A DNA stretch of 64,000 bases from an uncultured Candidatus Binatia bacterium (lineage in GTDB: Bacteria > Desulfobacterota > Binatia > Bin18), in NCBI GenBank assembly GCA_965214605.1, contig OZ243961.1, positions 1,952,001 through 2,016,000 of the forward strand. Reading direction: 5' to 3'. This document shows positions 60,169-64,000 of this stretch, piece after piece. The notes below the pieces were generated by a model, which searched no databases, was not told the DNA's origin, and saw nothing but the letters and a program-made list of their open reading frames with translations. How positions within the stretch are numbered: the stretch's first letter is position 1; each line of letters opens with the position of its first letter. Both the position numbers and the translations under genes were made by a program.

Positions 60169-61923
60169 CTAGACAGCCCGACCGTGTCGCAGCAGTATAC
60201 CAGGCGTTGCGCCGCTACACTGTCCATCGGCAAACGTGACCTGGCCGTTGACCATGATCCAGTGATAGCCTCTGGCTTTTTGCACCCGCCGCCACTCGCC
60301 GGTGGGCAGGTCATGGGCAATCTCGATCGGTTCAATACCGAGTTTAGCCAGGTCGTACACCACGATATCGGCCGCCATACCGGGCCGCAGCGTCCCTCGA
60401 TCCCGAAAGCCGGCCGCCCAGGCAGGCATGCCGCTCAGCCGAAAATGGGCCTCTTCCAAGGACAGAGCTTGGGTGTCCCGCACCATCCAGGTCAACAAAT
60501 CGGTCGGCCACACTCCGGTCGTGAGAAATTTCATATGCGCGCCGCCGTCGGATAAACCGGCAAGCGTATACGGGGAATCCATGACCTGTTTGTGATGCTC
60601 AACCTTGACGTTCAGCAGTGGAGTTCGCCACTCGGTCTTGAGATCGTCGGCAACCGACACATCAAGCAGGGCATCAATAATATGTTTCCCCTCTTTCTCG
60701 GCAATTTGGATGACCGATAGTCCCTCGTAGGCGTCCTTTAGGTCGGCTCGGAACACTTTCTTGGCGATGAACTGGGCGACCGCCCCAAACAGATCAATCG
60801 ACATCTGGCCCGAGTCATACTCCTCCTTCATCGCCCGGCGAATATCAGGGTCGGCCAGCTTGCCTCGCTTCTCCTCAAGCGTGCCGACTGTAGCCTCACG
60901 CCAGACCGGACTGTTATCGAACAGGTTCCAATCTTCAAAGGTAAAGGTAAATGGCGCGCGGACCGTAGCCGCCTGGCCGAACACCCGCCTTCCCCTGGCG
61001 TTGGCCTCGGCCAACAGCTTGAGCTGGGTCTGGTAAAATCCAGGAAACAGGTCGTTGGCGGCAATCAGGTTGTACAACACCGGCCGACCGCTTTTCTCGG
61101 CCAGCTGCTCATTAAATCCAAAATCGCGCTGTAACCCGGTCAGCAAACTTCCAAAGCCTTCGCTCAGATCTCCGCCCGCCTGGGTAAACTGGATACAGCC
61201 CGCCCGTCGTTCAGCCAGCACTGCGGCCAAGCTCAGATAAAACTCGTCGGACAAGACATCCGAAATCATCGGTGAGCCGTCATAATCGCGCTGGACGGCA
61301 GCCAAGCTGTCTGGAAACAAACGCTGGGCTCCCCAGCCGACCGCCCCGGCATCCATGGCCTCGTGCAACAGGCGCTGAATGGTCTGTGTCTCTGCGTCGT
61401 TTGGCAGTCGTTGCTTCGCTTCCTCAAAGCCACCCATCACATAGGCCACCATAGGGGTGACCGGCATGAGCTGGGACAGGTTGATGCCCAGGGGAATACG
61501 GTCCAGATGATCCATCCACTCGGGAAAGGTTTCCCAGTCAAACGGCATCGTAGCCTGCATCGGACCGAGGGGAATGGCTTCATTGCGGGACAGGGACAGC
61601 ATGGCCCGTTCAGCATCCTTAGCGTGCACCGGCGCAAAACCAAACCCACAGTTCCCAATAGTTACCGAGGTCACCCCATGCCAGCTGCCGATCGAGCAAT
61701 ACGGGTCCCAATGCAGCTGCGCGTCGTAATGGGTGTGCAGATCAATCGCCCCAGGTGCCACAATACAGCCGGCGGCATCCAGCACCTGAGGGGCATCACT
61801 GGTATGAAGACGACCAATTTCGGCAATCCTGCCGTTCTTGATCCCAAGGTCGGCCTGATAGCGTGGGACCCGTGTCCCATCGACAACCGTACCGCCTTTG
61901 ATTACCACGTCAAATGCTGCCAT
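60169..61923 (-). CDS. N-acyl-D-amino-acid deacylase-type amidohydrolase
   Basis: DLHTHYDAQ, GNCGFGFAP, SDGGAH, DRGTLRPG..ADI; GGAGG RBS. Confidence 0.92.
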   Translation of the reverse strand: MAAFDVVIKGGTVVDGTRVPRYQADLGIKNGRIAEIGRLHTSDAPQVLDAAGCIVAPGAIDLHTHYDAQLHWDPYCSIGSWHGVTSVTIGNCGFGFAPVHAKDAERAMLSLSRNEAIPLGPMQATMPFDWETFPEWMDHLDRIPLGINLSQLMPVTPMVAYVMGGFEEAKQRLPNDAETQTIQRLLHEAMDAGAVGWGAQRLFPDSLAAVQRDYDGSPMISDVLSDEFYLSLAAVLAERRAGCIQFTQAGGDLSEGFGSLLTGLQRDFGFNEQLAEKSGRPVLYNLIAANDLFPGFYQTQLKLLAEANARGRRVFGQAATVRAPFTFTFEDWNLFDNSPVWREATVGTLEEKRGKLADPDIRRAMKEEYDSGQMSIDLFGAVAQFIAKKVFRADLKDAYEGLSVIQIAEKEGKHIIDALLDVSVADDLKTEWRTPLLNVKVEHHKQVMDSPYTLAGLSDGGAHMKFLTTGVWPTDLLTWMVRDTQALSLEEAHFRLSGMPAWAAGFRDRGTLRPGMAADIVVYDLAKLGIEPIEIAHDLPTGEWRRVQKARGYHWIMVNGQVTFADGQCSGATPGILLRHGRAV

Positions 61924-62075
61924 AACGTCCTCCTTGGCTCTCGTTGCAAAGATATAAGTCCCTAAGATAGCTGATATCCGGCGGCGGAAAAAGCTGGGCA
62001 GAACTGCTCCGGCCTTGCCAGTCTGCAGCTTGGCGGAGTAATGAACACAGAAGCACGAGTCATAAGGAGGAGCAC

Positions 62076-62930
62076 ATGGACATCGGTGTATTCTTTTTCA
62101 CCTCGGCCGAGTCGGCCGACCCGGCTATTATCGCCAAAAAAGCCGAAGACCTCGGCTTTGCTTCAATCTGGGTCCCGGAACATCCTGTACTGCCGGTCCA
62201 CACCACCGTCGGTTACCCGGCCGCCCCCGACCGACCCATTCCACGCACGGTTGGCATTATCTCTGACCCCTTCGTGTCCTTGGCCCGGGCGTCGGCCACG
62301 ACTACCAGGATCAAACTCGGCACTGGTATCTGTCTTGTCCCGGAGCGTAACCCCTTACTGTTGGCCAAAGAGATCGCCACCCTCGATCATTACTCTGGCG
62401 GGCGCTTTTTGTTCGGCATTGGTGCGGGCTGGCAAAAAGAAGAGTGCGAGATCATGGGCGGAGATTTTCCTCACCGCTGGACACAAACCCGTGACTCGGT
62501 TCTGGCCATGAAAGAGCTGTGGACCACCGACGAATCTGAGTATCACGGGCAGTATTATGACTTTCCGGCCCTCAAGTGCTTCCCTAAACCCGCCCAAAAG
62601 CCTCATCCACCCGTCCTGTTGGGCGGTGCGGCCAAGAATGTGTTTAAGCGCACGGTCGACTGGGGCGACGGCTGGATGCCGGTCAGCACTTCACCCAAAA
62701 CAATCAAAGAGGGCCGTCAGAAACTTGACGAACTCGCCGCCCAGGCCGGTCGTGACCCGGCCTCGATCAGCGTCCTGGCCTTCGGCCAACCCGGCCAGCT
62801 GCGCAAAAAAGAAGACCTCCACGGCCTGCAGGAAGCCGGGGCTGAGCACGCCATTATTTGGCTCAACTCATTCACGCAGGATGAAGTTGTTGCCGAGTTG
62901 GAAGAACTTGCAGCTGAGATGTTGCACTAA
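62076..62930 (+). CDS. LLM-class (F420/FMN-dependent) oxidoreductase
   Basis: AEDLGFASIWVPEH, DPFVSLA, RIKLGTGI, LDHYSGGR..FGIGAGW, PKPAQKPHPP. Confidence 0.92.
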   Translation: MDIGVFFFTSAESADPAIIAKKAEDLGFASIWVPEHPVLPVHTTVGYPAAPDRPIPRTVGIISDPFVSLARASATTTRIKLGTGICLVPERNPLLLAKEIATLDHYSGGRFLFGIGAGWQKEECEIMGGDFPHRWTQTRDSVLAMKELWTTDESEYHGQYYDFPALKCFPKPAQKPHPPVLLGGAAKNVFKRTVDWGDGWMPVSTSPKTIKEGRQKLDELAAQAGRDPASISVLAFGQPGQLRKKEDLHGLQEAGAEHAIIWLNSFTQDEVVAELEELAAEMLH

Positions 62931-62958
62931 TGGAAGTACTGACCGCTGAACGGTGCGT

Positions 62959-63840
62959 ATGATGAGGAGCTATCAATTCAAGCAGGTTGATGTGTTTACC
63001 ACCCGGCCTCTGCGCGGCAATCCCGTCGCGGTGGTACTCGGGGCTGACCAGTTGACGACCACTGACATGCAGCGCATTGCTACCTGGACTAACCTGTCAG
63101 AAACCAGCTTCGTGCTAGCCCCGGTCAGGGCCCGGGCGGATTATCGGCTGCGCATCTTCACCCCCAAGGGCGAGCTGCCGTTCGCCGGCCACCCCAGCAT
63201 CGGTAGCGCCCACGCCATACTGGAGAGCGGTCTGGTGGAACCACATCGCTCACACTTTGTTCAGGAATGCGAAGCGGGCCTGCTTCCCGTGCGCGTCAAG
63301 CGAGTGGGAGACACCCAACATCTGTTCGTGCAAACCCCAGCGGCCACAGTCACCCCCTTTGATCCAGCCCAGCACGCTGCCCTTGCCTCGGCCCTCAGAC
63401 TCAAGCTGCCGGCCGGGGCGTCCCCGCTCAGCGTTGATGTCGGTCCTGTGTGGTTGGTTGTTCAGCTGGACAGCGCGGCGCTTGTCCACCGCTTACGGCC
63501 CGACCTGGCGGCCGTGGCGCGACTGAGCCAAGCCCTACAGCTGACTGGGATAACCGTTTTCGGCCTCACCGGCGGAGGCCCGAGTGCGGTCTATACCCGC
63601 TCTTTTGCCCCGGCTCTGCATGTCCCAGAAGACCCGGTGTGCGGCAGCGGAAACGCCAGCGTGGCAGCCTTCTTGGCCCATTCCGATCAGCTCGGATCGA
63701 TCGGCCTGAGCTATGTTGCCAACCAAGGCCACGAACTTGGCCGTGACGGTTTCGTCCATATCGCCGTCAACATGCCTGACCGAACGATACAGCTTGGCGG
63801 GGCGTCGGTGACCTGTATTGAGGGTTCCCTGCAGGTCTGA
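62959..63840 (+). CDS. PhzF family epimerase/isomerase
   Basis: QVDVFT...GNPVAVV, NLSET, RIFTP..ELPFAGHP, EDPVCGSGN. Confidence 0.92.
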   Translation: MMRSYQFKQVDVFTTRPLRGNPVAVVLGADQLTTTDMQRIATWTNLSETSFVLAPVRARADYRLRIFTPKGELPFAGHPSIGSAHAILESGLVEPHRSHFVQECEAGLLPVRVKRVGDTQHLFVQTPAATVTPFDPAQHAALASALRLKLPAGASPLSVDVGPVWLVVQLDSAALVHRLRPDLAAVARLSQALQLTGITVFGLTGGGPSAVYTRSFAPALHVPEDPVCGSGNASVAAFLAHSDQLGSIGLSYVANQGHELGRDGFVHIAVNMPDRTIQLGGASVTCIEGSLQV

Positions 63841-63868
63841 GCAGGGGCGAACGGTCACTCGCCCCTGC
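63841..63868. terminator. Stem-loop between convergent genes (putative bidirectional terminator)
   Basis: GCAGGGGCGA-N8-TCGCCCCTGC. Confidence 0.6.
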
Positions 63869-63876
63869 CAGCAGAG

Positions 63877-64000
63877 CTAGCTGAGACCATAGAAGTTGAT
63901 GACGTTCTCACCCACGATCTTCCTCATCCCGTCTTCAGGAACGTCTTTGAGCGCTTCGGCCAAGAATTCCCGGGAGCGCGGCCAGGTCGAGTCGGTGTGC
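63877..64000 (-). CDS. Amidohydro_2-family protein, C-terminal end (runs off window)
   Basis: Manual translation: HTDSTWPRSREFLAEALKDVPEDGMRKIVGENVINFYGLS-stop. Confidence 0.8.
   Translation of the reverse strand, partial: HTDSTWPRSREFLAEALKDVPEDGMRKIVGENVINFYGLS

Noticed and set aside
62959-63840. Phenazine biosynthesis cluster
   Set aside because: Lone PhzF-family gene with no other phz genes; such homologs are widespread.

Overview
Bacterial, GC-rich chromosomal window with two parts. (1) A host backbone of catabolic enzymes: three class III CoA-transferases, a Rieske oxygenase alpha subunit, four intact and one broken N-acyl-D-amino-acid-deacylase-type amidohydrolases, several Amidohydro_2 proteins, VOC, MOSC, class II aldolase, BNR propeller, SMP-30, thiolase, LLM, PhzF and IDO-like genes, and MFS transporters. 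Many decayed gene remnants lie between them. The enzyme profile resembles heterotrophic Deltaproteobacteria/Binatia-like, possibly host-associated bacteria, but this is inference only. (2) A roughly 18 kb decayed integrative/conjugative element (about 29.6-47.9 kb). Its integrase, IS630, VapC, AbiEii, JAB-ThiF, TraD-like and HigBA-like genes are all fragments, but it keeps a tightly packed class 1 DISARM anti-phage operon with open reading frames throughout (drmD-drmMI-drmA/B-drmC). The most unusual features are a single in-frame 1728-aa DrmA-DrmB fusion, a DrmC that appears internally deleted, and an AbiEii remnant whose stop codon overlaps the drmD start. Also notable are a perfect 32-bp palindrome array upstream of a Fic-wHTH gene, and short repeat / inverted-copy / repeat structures. 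No rRNA, tRNA or supported CRISPR array was seen. All product calls come from motif recognition, not database searches.
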